This document shows, piece by piece, positions 12,600-27,064 of a stretch of 64,000 nucleotides of DNA. Location of the stretch: positions 129,027 to 193,026 of the forward strand of contig CT868671.1 in assembly GCA_000165425.1 (NCBI GenBank), in the 5' to 3' direction. A model generated the notes under the pieces. The model was not told the DNA's origin and did no database searches. It worked only from the letters and a program-made list of their open reading frames with translations. The first letter of the stretch is position 1, and the number at the start of each line of letters is the position of its first letter. The stretch is from Paramecium tetraurelia. Its lineage: Eukaryota. The position numbers and the translations under genes are program-made.

Positions 12600-14780
12600 T
12601 AGTTTTTTGTTCTAATTGAATGTTCAGAAAATTAGATAATAATATTTTCTGTAATCAATTGTTGAATTCAATACCTAATTTGATAGGCTATCAATTTCAT
12701 TCAATGGATTTAATTAATTGATAAAGTTTATTACTTATAGGTCAAAACATAAAATATAGTTAGATTGCTTTATAATTTCAATAATTATTCATTATTCATG
12801 TTTAATCAGATTGATTAACTGTTTTATTCTTTTTTATTTAAATAGACTCTTCTTAATGTATGATCATCAATACAATTAACTTTATCTTTTTGCTTTGGCT
12901 TAAGGAGTTTTTTTCTCTCTCATCTTAGAAATCATTAATCATCGTTATTAATCGATTCTTCTATTCATAATTGAATTATTTATTACTCATTCAAACATAT
13001 TGTTACGTTGTAATAAATCCTAAGGTACATTGTTCTGTTAATAGAATAAATAAAAATTATTTGATATTTTATCTGTTAAATCGATTATGAGTTCGATTAA
13101 AATTTGATTTCTGTAAAATTTCAAATCAATATTTATTACTTATGAATATAAACTAATTAAGGATATATTTTCCTTTAAAAATGATGTCCTAAAACTCATC
13201 ATTTATCAATGACACCATTTTTTGAATAATTGTGTATTTCCTTTCCGGCCTTTTCATTATTTTTAATTTTCTATTTAATTTGCATATGATACAATCCTTT
13301 TTTAGGATCAATAAAAAAAAATTGATTTAATTACGAATATTTCATCTTAAAAGATAAAAATTTCTAATTATAAATAGCTTTGAATGAAAAGAAATAATGG
13401 ATAAATGATAATATTAAATTTTAAGCAATAATAATAATAAAATTAACATATAAATTATGTTGATGGCTATTAATTTTTAAACAATCGATTTTCTAAGTTA
13501 ACAAACTAATGGTAATTTACCCTAGCTCAAAGAGTGTAATTTTTCTGGAATTAATTCAAAAAAGAATTTGATTTCATTTTTGAGTATGATTAGCTACAGA
13601 TCAGAACCTTTGCTCTCTCCGACTTACTCTTAATATGTATAGTAGAATAGGAGTCTTAGTAATACATTATTAATTGCCGTATGGTATTAAACATATCATT
13701 TATAATACATTATAACATTGTAAGATCAATTGGAGCATTTAAATTTTTCTACAAAGGAGAATAAAAGAAAAAAAGTAAAATTATGTTATCAATACCTCGA
13801 AAATTTAGCCATTACTATGCAAAGTTTTACCAAGAATCAGTAAAAACTTAAAAGTAGAGTTAGTTATACTAAATTGATGATTCAAAAAAAAAAAGAGGGT
13901 TGACGGAAATGCAAAAAATCAAAATTAGTGCAGCTTTGTTACTCTCGATATTTAATTAATGTTTTTAGTTATAGATCAGATGGATTAAAAGAACCCAAAA
14001 AATGGAGATAAAGAAGACTGAAGCCAATAATCGAAATAAATAAAAATGTATAAATCGACAAATTTAGAATCATAAATTCCCTCATACTTAGTCATCTGGT
14101 TATTTAATATACAGAATAATTTTAAATTAGACTAATTCAGTCAGTTTTCCCTTCGAAGTAGCAACTATAGGGAATTAAAAGAAAAATTCAAAGATTAGAG
14201 GACAAAATATAAACAGCCTTCCCAGTCAAAATAGAATTTAATTCAAATCATTTTAAGGAATAAAAGAACTATATTCATTATAAATATTCAATATTCATAA
14301 AACCAAATTAACAATAAGTAGTAAATAGAAACACTAGTATCATAGCGAAATGAGCCAAGTGAAGATTAGCCATTCAAGTTTTCATAAGTATGAGTTTCTA
14401 GATTGCTATTATAAATCGGAAACGATCAAAATGATAGTTTCTAACTTTAAAAAATAAAAACATCTATAACTAGAAAAAAACGAGGGTTTTTATTAAAATC
14501 TAAATATTAATAACATAATTTGACTATAAAAAAATTGAAAAATATCAACCATTAGATGGATATTCATGTAAGAAAATTGCTGAATAAAGAGCTTTTAAAT
14601 TAAGTTTTTAGCACTCAATACTACAATGAAATTGCTGCTCAATTCTCAATCGAACGATATTAGCCATGACTTCGTGAAGAATTCTAATCCACATAGTAAA
14701 TGAGACTTGAAAATGATCCAAAAGAAAAGAAATAGATAATTATGATCATAACAGATTTTGACCTACTTTGTATGACTTAA
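12600..14780 (+). pseudogene. Decayed coding relic carried in the duplicated units
   Basis: Codon-like fragments interrupted by stops; homologous pieces recur at ~38815-41100, ~45600-48300 and inverted at ~2020-2370. No intact frame found. Confidence 0.35.
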
Positions 14781-15317
14781 TTTGTTAGCTAGTACAATAA
14801 TAAGTTGGGTAAGAAAAAAAGCTTAAGAAAAGTAAATGTAATCCTAAAGTGTAATACTATAAGTAAATTATATTATACATCAAATAAAAATTGAATGAAA
14901 ATACTTTTCTTTAATTTTCTTATTATTCAATTCTCACTTCAAAAATTTATTCTTAAGTAGTTAAAATAGTTGTTTTATTACTGCACATTTTAAAATTTTT
15001 TAACCTCCTTTCAATTTACTAGATATGCTTAAAATATTGTCCTATTTCCAACTCAAAACAAAATTTTTGAATTTGAATTGGAAATCATAAGACTATAACT
15101 TTATATATCTTACTTTGAAATCAATCAGAATTTTTGTAGCATTTATTATAATGATTATTTTATTTTTAGCTAATTTAATTACAGGAGTAAACAAAAGTTT
15201 TGAAATTGAAATTTTAATAAAATTCCAGTAAAATTAGAGGTATTATTTATTTTTAATTTAAATTACTAAAGATTAGTTAAGGTATTAATTATGTAATCAA
15301 AATATTAAATTGAATAT

Positions 15318-16983
15318 TCAAATATCTAGTTATAAAATTTCTAATAGTTTAATTTGAAGTAACTCGCTTCCAACATTTACTACTTAATAAATTGAACATT
15401 CGGTATCAGATGTATTTATTATCAACTCTTATTCTGAACCTGTAGTTTATTGAAATCTGGCATTGTAAATTATAGAATTTATAGCTCCATAACAATAATG
15501 CTAAAACTAATATTAGTTTTAAGGTTAACATTCGAAGCATTTTATAAAATAACTTTTCATTTTTTTATTAGGATAGCATTTTGCATAGACTCTAATATTC
15601 AATATTGATATATTATTATTAATTGTATATGTAAATGTTCCTTAAGTGACTATTTATTAATTAGTTTCTAATAGATTGATCTCCATAGGAATCCTTTCAT
15701 GTGACTTTGGATCTTTAATTTAAGTAATTCGGATGGTTATACCCAACATCGGAGAAGCTTTTAATACGATTTATTAATACAATTAGTGCATATATTATCG
15801 TAAAACTCCCACCCACTTGAACAAACAGTAAATTCTGTTTTTAAAGGACCAACACATTCATCACAACCATTTTAACATTTTGCAAGATAAATATTGAATG
15901 CCCTTATTCCCCAATATGCATTTGTAGTTGCTACATTATGATTGGTCTGCATTGTTATTTTACATGATGATGATGTATGAGGTAAATTAACTACAATATT
16001 ATATATATTTTCTTATCCAGTAGATCCACAAATAGAATAAGTACCTGTAGTAGATAAAACAGCTTAATTCTAAATTTAATCATCTACCAATAACTAAAAG
16101 TTTTCATTATTCCAAATATCAATTTTCCAAAGTTATACAGTTATTTAAACTTAAAAATGAGAATGAAGGCTTAAATCTATAATTGTTTCTAATTTATCAT
16201 TTGGTGCTAAATTAAGATATCCTCCAACAAGATTAAAAGTTACACATTAAGATGTTGCAGGTTAGAAATTATCATTTTTCATCCATCCATCAAGTAAAAT
16301 TGATTCATGCCACAATGATATAATACCAATCCATTAATAACAATTATTATAATCATTGTCTGAACAATATTAACATCCCGAAGGACATTTCACTACTTGC
16401 AACTTAAAGTCTCTAAGTCCCCAACTTTCCTTTAATATTTAATTATATTTTACTGTAGCAGGAGGTTCATCAAGATTTGTGGTCATTATTACCATTAATG
16501 TTTCTGAACTATGATACATTTAAATTGTAATAGGTACAGCTATCTCATACCATGCATAGTTCTCTCCCACTCCACATAATTCGATTCCAGCATTAGGAAG
16601 ATATTTTCTTGTCGTTAGATTATCATCCACAAAAATAAAGATAGTTTCATCATCCCAACTATCAATTCTACTTTAAAAATTAGAAATACTTCCAAAGTTC
16701 AAAGGAAACTTTGATTTAGTAATGAGAAGGTAATGAAAAGTGCTTAGATATTATTGTATTGGCTGCAAATGCATTAAATCCTCCAAATAATCTCGAACCA
16801 TCGCAAGTAGACAATTACAATCCATTATAATTACCACTTATAATCCACCCTAAGTTATTTAATATCAATACAACCTGATGAATCCATTGTGTTACTGTCT
16901 TGAAAGCTTTGATATATAGTGTCCCATTGTTCTTATGTCCTAGCAAGAAATAAAAAGATTTATATAACTATATTGAATTTCAT
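15318..16983 (-). CDS. Secreted IDSWD-domain family protein, copy 4
   Basis: MKFNIVIQIFLFLARTQEQWDTIYQSFQD...LPSHYQIKVSFELWK|IDSWDDETIF...; same intron positions as the other copies; 3' part nearly identical to copy 1. Confidence 0.87.
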
Positions 16984-17259
16984 CAATTTTAATATAATTA
17001 TCGAAATTAAATTTATTGAATACCTTATAAAGATTATTACTAATTTTTTTTATTTTCCTTATTGATTTATGAGTAAGATAGGCTGACATAATTATTTAAC
17101 TAAATGGTAAATCAATTAATATTTATAATTAACTTTAACACAACTAATCATATGCAGTAATATATTTTAATCATTGAAGTAAAGTTCGAGATTAAACTAT
17201 TTCATGTTAGTTTTTGTACTCTTTAATAAATAATATTATCGAAATATTAAATTAAATAT

Positions 17260-17397
17260 TCAAATATCTTGTTATAAAATTTCTAATAGTTTAATTTGAA
17301 GTAACTCGCTTCCAACATTTATTACTTAATAAATTGAACATTCGGTGTCAAATGTATTTATTATCAACTTTTATTCTGAAACTGTATATTATTGAAA
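17260..17397 (-). pseudogene. 3' terminal fragment of a family gene, abutting the right inversion breakpoint
   Basis: Matches reverse complement of ~1483-1621 (…QVINVGSELLQIKLLEILQQDI-TGA); similarity ends at 17397. Confidence 0.8.
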
Positions 17398-17527
17398 AAA
17401 AGAATACGCTATGGTTATAAAGCCTTTTAGGCACATTTGTGTGTGTGAAGATTGTTCAAAATAAATTGATCAGTGCCCAATTGATAATGAAAAGATTACT
17501 AAAATAAAGAAGGTTTACTTATAATGA
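17398..17527 (+). pseudogene. 3' half of a C3HC4-type RING finger (continuation of the 3487-4280 relic)
   Basis: KEYAMVIKPFRHICVCEDCSKQIDQCPIDNEKITKIKKVYLQ-TGA; lacks the first CxxC pair and is preceded by an in-frame TGA at 17393. Confidence 0.75.
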
Positions 17528-17586
17528 TGAAGAAAAATCTAAATCACATTATTAATATATATTTAATTTATCAATTTATATTTTCC

Positions 17587-18706
17587 ATGGGAAATTAATG
17601 TGCTTCTCAGTGTTAATGCCAATAATAAATAAAGGACTAAGTAGCAACTGAAATTATTGTATGACTCCTTTTAATTTTAGATTGCAAAATCCGACCCTAA
17701 CAGTTTGAAAAGTAGAAAGTCAAGTTCTAAATAAAGCATTAAACAAACTTATGCTAAAACATAATAAAAAGAAGCCAAAAAGGAGACCGAAACAGAAGAA
17801 CTCTAAAACAAAGTATAAAAACAAAATAAGGCAGCGATCAAGATTCAAAAAATTTGGAGAGGTTATTTGGTTAGAAAGAAGATAACCTTAAAAAATTCTG
17901 TCAAAAGAGATACTAAAAAAAATTATCTAAAAGAACAAGTTGAACCAGTTACTCTCCCTAAAAATTCTTCTTCTGTTGAATTAGAAACACGGCCTGCTTA
18001 CAAATTTAAAAGTGGTGCAGTATATGAAGGCTAATGGAGAGGTACACAGAGAGAAGGGATTGGAACTCAAACTTGGGCTGACGGTGCTAAATATGTTGGA
18101 GAATGGAAGTAAAGCCATGCAAATGGTAAAGGGAGATTTTATCATATTGATGGAGACACTTTCGATGGGTATTGGGAAAACGATAAGGCAAATGGATATG
18201 GGGTTTATATACATGGTAATGGGTCTAAGTATGAAGGTGAATGGAAAAATGATTTATAACACGGCCCTGGCGTAGAAACTTGGTTTGATGGTTCAAAGTA
18301 TTAAGGAGTTTATTTTGAAGGTAAGAAGTAAGGGAAAGGAAAGTATGAATGGCCAGATGGATCATATTATGATGGGGATTGGCATGATAATAAAATTACA
18401 GGATTTGGCACGTATTTTTGGGCAGATGGAAGGGGATATACTGGCTAATGGTTGAATAATTGTATGCATGGAAAAGGAATCTATACCTGGAGGGACGGTA
18501 GAAAATATGAAGGAGAATATAAATAAGATCGTAAGGAGGGGTATGGTACATATACATGGGCTGATGGGAAGAAATATGAAGGGTAATGGTAGGATGGTAA
18601 ATAGCATGGCAAAGGTAAATATGTATTCCCTGATGGAATGGTTAAGGAAGGAATTTGGAAGGATGGAAAAAAAGTCAAAGCGTTAGATAACACAAGTGCT
18701 CTTTGA
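17587..18706 (+). CDS. MORN-repeat protein with an IQ motif and an N-terminal acylation-type motif
   Basis: MGNQCASQCQC start; AAIKIQKIWRGYLVRKK (IQ); about 9-10 YEGEW..D..HG.G repeats; 1 intron. Confidence 0.92.
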
Positions 18707-18800
18707 GTATAGTCTTGATAATTAAATTATATTACTATTTATATTATGTTTGATTCTCTAATATATATAATATTTAGATAGAATAATTTATTCTTATATT

Positions 18801-21800
18801 TCACAAATACATTAATCCTTGAATTTTCAATTAATTTTTCAAGAAACTATTAATATGTTTATTCTCTGATCTTAATTAAGAGGGAATCAATAAGATAAAT
18901 CCATTGACCCATCTTGAGTTTCTTTTTAAATTAGAATACTCACTTCCCCAAATAACAAACAAGAACAATACAATCAAAATGTTGATTACAATAACAAAAT
19001 ATGAGTTGAATACTACTTCCTATTATAATAATAATATAATTTACATTATCAATTCCAGTATACAGAGCACTTCTTGCAAAATTAGACATAAGTTGATTTG
19101 CCAATTTGGCATAAAGTAATCCTAATTAAAAATCTTAGAACATTTATTATGATATGTAGCTATTGAGTTCGGTGGAATTCTTATTTTAGGTTAGTAATTA
19201 ATTCAACCCATTTTACATTTCCAATTGTAATTTTTAATAGAAATTCAACAAACCTTCAGTTAATATACCATCTAGAATTTATTCGCATAAAGCTTGACTT
19301 GTATTAACAAATCCATTTATTAAGGGTGCAATAGAACTGCATGTATTATTTGTACTATAAAAGTCTACTAAATCAGCAAATTCAGTGGAATATCCTTCTA
19401 ATTAATGATACATGGTTTGGAATATGGAATATATATTTTCATTATCTATTTCAGTCAAGACTTGTTGTAGTAATGTTGAATTTAACTAAGAACTATATTA
19501 TTAGTAATAGAGATTTTTGAAATAGACAAAGTCTCTTTCAGAATTATATTTTAATCTGTGTTGTTATTCTTAAGAAGCAAATAGACCTTCTAAATCGCTA
19601 CTAAATAAAATTATGAAGTAATCCTTAATAAAAATTAAACCAGAGAAGATTATCAACCAAAATGTCATTACGGCAAAAAACACTACCTTATTTATTTAAA
19701 TTCCCTTATGACTTCTTGATCTGGCTAAGTTTTTAGCATTATTTTCTTTATCTTTTTTCTTCTTTTCTTCTGTTCCTTTAGTTACTTCCTCTTCAATTTT
19801 CTTCAAAACTTAAGGTGTATCTGTAATTTATCTCATATTATAGAAGATCATTTTGTAATGATTTGAATAATATTCAACATCTGCTAAAGATATTTTAGTG
19901 AAAATCCTCAAAGTTTCTTAGATTTTTAATTTAGTTTTCAGAATAATTGGATAAATAAGGATATATAATAATAGCAATATACCAAAGCAACTAAACCAGA
20001 AATAATAAAATCTCTCTATTAACAAATCCTTACTTTTAATCAAGATTTAAGTGATTAGATTATAATTATAATCTGTGATATTATCAAATTCATTCAAATT
20101 ATTATAGATAAAATAGAAGTAATCCTATCTGCTATTTAAAGTGAAAGATGATATGTTTAGATCTTTGGTAGCATTAGCAGCATTCAATATTAATCTAACA
20201 TAGTTTTCATAATTAAATAAGAATTCAGTTGGTTGATTGTTAACAAGCATATTGGCATTCATTTAAATAAATAAATACTACCTTAAATCATTACCACTTT
20301 TAGATTGAGTTCCAGCATTACTATAATCATCCAAGAAGAATTAGACAGTATCAATTTAGTTTTATAAAATCATTTTTCTAAATTAAGCAACCCATTCAGA
20401 TCCATAAATAGTTGTATTTTTTAGAGGTCCTTCATTTATCATTTAGAGCGTAAAATAACCATCCAAAATTTCAATTAAATTATCAGAGTAGTTACTCATT
20501 CTTTCAAACATATACAATTCATCTTTAATTCCATTAAAATCATTGTTTGCTAATATATACTAAGAAATTATCAAAGAAAATAACAACAAACTCAATACTA
20601 CCATAGTATAATGAGCAACAATCAAAATTGTAGGTGCTTGCATATTCTTTAACTGTTCTCTCAACATTCTTTATGCATTATGAGCTTATAATGATTAGGC
20701 TAACATAAAAATATTAATTACTTGAACTACTAACAGATTGCATTGCAGCCTTCTCTTCTTCATTAGCTCCTTGATTATTTAGGATATTCTGCAACAGCCC
20801 TCTTTCCTCTTGTTGATCTTCATCAAATGACTATGATCTATCCTCCTAATCATATTGATCAGTATTAGTGGAATGTGTATCATTACTCATCTCAGCTCTT
20901 TTCTTTTCTTCTTAAATAAATGTCTTAAATTTATCAGTAGCTACAAATTCTCTTATTCTTTTAAATTTAAGAGCTAGAGGATCTACTGGTTACAACTTTT
21001 TTTTCTTTTCCAAAAATGCACTCATATCGGTTTAACCTAAGATATTAGCTTTGATAAGAGCAATTTAAAGTAGATTAACAGCTGGACAAGCTCTCATAGC
21101 TTCTAGTTATTCTGGAGTTGCTTCTATTTTCTTTTTTTCATTCTCTTCGTCTTCGTCATTGTTAAATTGTTTTGATTCATATTAAACTTAGGCCATACTG
21201 CCTTATTGTTTTGATACTCTCTTAAATTTATTTTTCTTTGAAACAGGTTTAAAGAGAGTCATTAAAATACCCTACTTCAATTGTTCTTAATCTTCTACTT
21301 ATTTTCCCTTTCCACCTAATCTCTTGACATTCAATTATAATAAAGAAGATCTGTTATTTTTGTTAGCCTTTTTAAACATATTTAGAAACCCTTTGGCTTA
21401 TTGGCCTTCTTGGTTGTCTTCTCCTCCATCTGCTCTTCCTGCTTCTATTTCTTCAGCATTATCCTACTCCTCTTACATCTTTTATTTCATCTTTTTTTAT
21501 TTGAAAGTGTTATATGCATCTTAAAAGTTCTTATAAACTTAAGTTACCTTTTCTCCTTATTCCTTAATCTTCTTCCTATTAACTTTAATATATTCAGTGG
21601 TTTTAAACTCATAGGTATTAACTTTGATAATTTTTAATCTCTATAGTTTACTGCCATTCCAATATGTAAAGTTTTTGATTTACACTTTGATTTTAATCAT
21701 TTTAATTAAAGAATCAATAAGTATTTTCTTATTCTACTTATAAAATAAGGCAGCATATTCCTTTTTGAATTCAGCACATTATTTAATGAGTTTAATGTTC

Positions 21801-24537
21801 TTCTAATCATTTCCCGATTATCCAAATTCTTATGACAACTATTCCTTAGTTAAAATATCTATATTAAACTTCTTAAATAGTCTTGTTCTATACTCAACAA
21901 AACTTTGTATTCTCTTTTCAAATTCCTTTTGAATGAATATAACCTATTTCATATCTTTAGTTTCTAATTGTTTATTTGCAGAATTGTATTCATCATATGA
22001 TAACTTTCCCTTGCCATCATTTTGTTTATTTGCTGTGATGTCGAAATCTAAAAAGTAATCCGAAAAGACTGAGTAGAATCCAGGAGCAATCAATTGTATA
22101 TTAACCTTAGTTTCCAAAATCTTTTCAGGTGGCAATCCAAGAGCTTAACACACTTTTCTCCCAGCTCCATAAATCATCCCATCCACATCTGCAATTATGT
22201 AATCATCCTAATTGAGCTTATGGACAAATCCCACAATATCATATGATTACAAAGAGGGCAAAATCTTAATAAATATATTGGCTGAAAACAGTATCTTTGC
22301 TCTATCAATAGCCCAAATGTGTGTCATTTTAGTGGTCAACAATTCTCTTGCATTTTCATAATAATTCTTAAGAATTTTACTATGGCAATTACCTAAAGGT
22401 TCAGGCATCATCTAATTGATATTCATAGATTTAAGATCAGTTTCATCATAGCCAAACACATTAAATACATTTCTACTGCACCAAGTAATTTATCCCAAAG
22501 ATTCCAACTAAGATGATATTGATAACACACAGCTCTACTTATCAAATATTTGGTATTTCTTTATCAAAATATTGAAATCCTATTAAAATGAATTATCATT
22601 TTCCATATCCTTTGCTTAGTCAATATCTTTTTCGATTTTCTTAGCCAATAAATCATCATAAGCTAAATAATTGGAATAGATAGTCATTAAATTCTTTAGA
22701 TCCTAAGATTAATTATTGAGTTGAAGTAAAAACTCATACTAATCATTAGTTAATTGCATTGTTTTAATAGCATTGTTCCCAATATCTAACAATTTGCTCA
22801 GATCTGGCTTTTCTTCGCACAGAGATTCCCAAAGATCGTTTAGGTGTTTATTTGCTTCCATAATAGTTTCCTTTTATCTTATAATCCCCTCATCAAAGGC
22901 TTTGACATTTTCTAATTATAATCTACGAGATATCTCGCTTTTTTGATTTCGATTCATTAAATGCTTCTTCATTCTTGCTCTTAGTCTATATAGACAGAAT
23001 TCAATTGACAAACTCATGTCATTATGATATTTGGATTCAAACTTACCAATTTCAAAGTAAATTGAAGAATACATTCTGAGTGCTTCAAATCTGTAGTACA
23101 TGTAATCAAGATACAATAATTTTGAATCCTTGAACTTATTTAATCCATCCTTAGCCATTCTAGCAATAAAATGCTTGACAAACACTAAATCCTTATGTAA
23201 TTAAGTATTTTGATCATTCTTCTACTGTTTTAATAACTTTGTATCAGTGATTGAAGCTGCTTTCATTTCACTCTGAATGATTTTCTTTTTAGGATCGATA
23301 AGTGCACTCCTTTTTTTGCATGGACAAGTACTATTTTTGCATTTATCAGAATGGATCTTTAATAAAGAAGCTAAAAGCAATTCATTCTTCTTTTCTTCAT
23401 TATCTGACTTAGATAAGATGTTATAATTTCTAATTTTTAGATCCAATAACACAGCACTCTGAATTTCATCTAATTCACTATTCATCAGCACTTTTACAAA
23501 ATAATTTCTAATGTTCAGAAATAATTTTAAGAAGAAGGCCATTCCCAAACCAACAATCACTAATACATTTTCATGTAGCATCTCAATTGAAGTTAGTTGA
23601 AGAACTATAAAAGTAGCATTGATCCACAAATAGGCAGAAGCAAAAATACCTTAGGTTTTAGAGACATTTTTATTATGATATGGAAAATTATTTAGAGAGT
23701 CATATAGCAAAATGAGTCCAAATATCAGATGTAATAACACTAATATAGTGTATGTTTATTGGACTTCCAAATCAAATAGCGATTAAAATATGGTGATTCC
23801 AAGTCTGTAAATGAAAAAAAAGATTGGCATCCCAGCTATTATTATTAATGTTTATCATACATGGGTTTCTAGACACAGAGTCTTTGATTTTGAAAGTAAA
23901 ATTAAAGAACAAATAAGAATACAATATTTCTAATAACAGCAACATCAAAGAGCATAATATTGACATAATTATCAACCCTATATGCACACCACTATAACAT
24001 TCTGTTTGATTGTTTTCAAAGTTGCAAGCTATGTTGCCTACTGTCAAACCAAATACTGGCACGACCAATATTTTATCAGTCAATTCTGAAATGAATCCCC
24101 AAGTTGATCTCAATTATTTGACCAGTGGATTATCGTAATTACTTGTAGATGCAAAATATAGAATCGATGTGATCAGGAATATTAAGACTAAAAGAGCAAT
24201 AACCAAGAATAGCATATTAAATAAAATCGAATCTGATGACAATAATACAGGATAAAGTAAAAAATAATTACTGATTGGTAAAAAACCTAATTATTTGAAT
24301 ACGAATACTTGAAATAAATCCACTTTACAAATCAGTATTCTTATCATTTGCAGTCATGAATATTAATTGTAAATTCAAAATCAATATCATTAGTATACCC
24401 TTACTTTATGATAATGTTTTTGATTCTAATAAGGCAAAATAAGTCTTAAAGATATTGTATTTAACTTCATCAAAAGTTTTGGTTTCTTCTTATTTAAACT
24501 CTGAATCAGATTGTAATTTGATATAATTTTTCCTCAT
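18801..24537 (-). CDS. Large multi-pass membrane protein with a PAS domain (TmcB/TmcC-like ciliate family)
   Basis: N-terminal TM cluster; PAS-like ENVFNVFGYDETDLKSMNINQMMPEPLGNCHSKIL; charged middle; C-terminal TM pairs ending NGFILLIPSQLRSENKHINSFLKNQLKIQGLMYL-TGA; several short introns, not all mapped. Confidence 0.82.
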
Positions 24538-24733
24538 TATTTTTTAATAATAATTTAAATAATATTAACATCTTAGTAAAAAATAAAATTATAATTATTC
24601 GACTATTTGATTGCATTCATTTCAATAGACTATCCATATAACTTCTAACTTAGATTAATAAAATTATTTTTTTTAATTATGTATATAATATGATAAAATA
24701 TGATATATATATAATTTTGATTTATTTGAGAAC

Positions 24734-25814
24734 TCAAAAGTATATTGCTTTGTAATTATTCGAGTTTAACTAAGGATATTTAACATCATCCAAAGATTGT
24801 CGAGCGATAATTCTTTTTTAATTTAATGCATCCAATATTTCTTATCTTTGTTTCAATAATCTTTATTTCTGATCTGCAAGATAGTTTAATTTATAAATTT
24901 TTTGACTGAATTGATTCTCATTGATTAATTCTTTTTAAAGCAACAAATTTTACGAATTGGATTTCACTGCTTACCGATACTCTTCTTTTTATTATTCCAT
25001 ATTTAATCTGTTAAGCTTATTATGCTTCTGTTGTTTTTCTATCATCTATATTTTCTATTCAATTTAATAGATTTTGTCAATATAATAAGATTGTTTCTCT
25101 TGATTTAAGAGATTACTTTTTTCTTAGACATCTATTATATGGATATCATGCATTCTGATCTTATCTATAGATTTATCAAGTGACTCACTTCTTACTTGCT
25201 TTGCATATTCCAATTTATGATCAATCTGATTTAATTTCTTTTTAGATATCTAATAAAAATTATGACATGAATTGTACTTCCGAATCTCTAAATTTATTGA
25301 TCTTCTTTTTTATAAGTGCCCTTTCAACATTATCAGTAGTAGTTTGGAGTTGTTTGAATAAGAATCTTAAAACCTTTTCTCTTTCAGCATCTACTTTTAA
25401 TGGTTTCATATCATTCGAAGGAGAATAATCTTAATAAAAGCACCAGCTTGCATCTAAAGCATCGATGTATTCATTTTCTTTTTGCTTATACAAAAATTAG
25501 TGATCCTTATTAACCTTTTGCTCTTTCAACTAAAATAAAAAGGATAATATTATACAAAATCTTCCTTCTGTTTTTTTTAATGATCGATCAATTTCTCCTT
25601 GTAGAACATCTAGTGCAACTTATTTTCATTCTTTAGTTTCTCGTCCTACAGTTTTTATTGGTAAGTCAACAAATTATTGAGTTCCTTCTCCTACTCGATA
25701 TAATCAAATAGTTACATGCTTTTTTTGGAACTTTAGTGATCTTCCTAATTCTTTATTGAGAAATTTAGACAAATTTTCATCAGCTTCATACCTTTATAAT
25801 TATTATAATGCCAT
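24734..25814 (-). CDS. Hypothetical coiled-coil protein
   Basis: MALQQLQRYEADENLSKFL...; K/E/Q-rich; short introns; ends NNYKAIYF-TGA. Confidence 0.7.
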
Positions 25815-25890
25815 TTAATATTACGTAAATTTACAAAAATATAAATACTTAAAAATATAATATGATTAGGAAAAATTAATATTTATATGG

Positions 25891-26157
25891 TCACATTCCT
25901 TCTGAGCGATTCCATCTAAGATCATCTTCACATTAAAATGATGTTTATTTTAACGTTATTGGTGTAAATTATGAAAATTTCTCTGAAAGTCTTTGTTTAA
26001 AAGTTAGGGATTCAATTAGAAAGGCTTCGAACTTCTTGATTTCAGGAGATGATAGCATCTATTCGATTTCAGACGACAATCTCTTATAATCCTATTTTCT
26101 GTTCTCGCTATCAAGATCTGAAGTTATTTATTTTAGTTAAAGATGTTTCTTGTTCAT
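25891..26157 (-). CDS. Small hypothetical protein (88 aa)
   Basis: Intronless ATG-to-TGA frame, MNKKHLQLKQITSDLD...RWNRSEGM. Confidence 0.55.
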
Positions 26158-27064
26158 GTAAATTTTTCAAATAAAATTAATCAAACAATATTACACTGAA
26201 AGTAATCGAACTTTAATAGTTAATCAAATAATTAATTTCTTATTCATTATTAAATTAATTTTCAATTACTAAATAGCTTTAGAAAATCATTTCAACACTC
26301 TAAGCTTTAATTTAAATTTTCATTCTCTAATTAACTTATGGCCTCTGAAATATTTAGTGCTCCTAAATAATTGTAAATTTCATAAAATAACAGAACTATT
26401 TTATAAAATTTGTAAACTCTATAATTCATAACGAAGACTATCTGATTTGTTGAAAGTTATAATATATTAATTAAGTTTATTATAAAAATAAAATATTTTC
26501 AACATTAATTAATCATCTCCTTGTTTCTGAATCATAGATATTATAATTTAATATATTCATAATAGTATCTTTGAGTTCTCCAGAAATTTGATGCATTGTA
26601 ATCAAACCTATTTAAACAACAGACTTTCAAAGGGTAACTAAATGATTAAAAAAAACTCAAAAATAAAAACGAATAATAAATTAACAAGAAATTCTCAAAT
26701 CTCCTTCAATAGGAATATTGGAAAAAAGGCGATAAATTAATAAATTTAGAATATTAATAATTATAATTAACATGAAGTGTAAGTTATTAGTTTAATAAAG
26801 ACTTAGGATTTATAGAAAATCAATAAGGAAATAATTACCTAAAAATAATAATCATGAACTAAAGGTTTTAATAAAATTATAATATAATACATCTACTTTT
26901 ATAAATTATTTTGGTGTTCTTTTTTCGCATTTATTTTCTGATGTTTAATAAGCGGAGAGTTGATATTCTAAAATCATCAAGCATCCCCTGAAGAAATTGA
27001 TATTTTATTAATTTCTAATGAATTTATTATTTATTTATAAATTGTAATGTTATTTGTTCAAGCC

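Larger units (their letters stand above)
9511..15430. repeat. Segmental duplication unit A (direct copy at ~35891-41835)
   Basis: 9511-10670 is nearly identical to 35891-37050; colinear, more diverged blocks at ~12030-12520/38390-38800, ~13390-14430/38815-40255 and ~14550-15430/40860-41835. Confidence 0.85.

Noticed and set aside
17981..18693. Several overlapping ORFs in the track
   Set aside because: Off-frame or antisense shadows of the repetitive MORN gene.
21324..21637. Hydrophobic plus-strand ORFs
   Set aside because: Antisense shadows of the K/E-rich region of the minus-strand PAS protein.
26338..26830. Possible small plus-strand gene starting ATGGCCTCT
   Set aside because: No consistent exon structure could be built.
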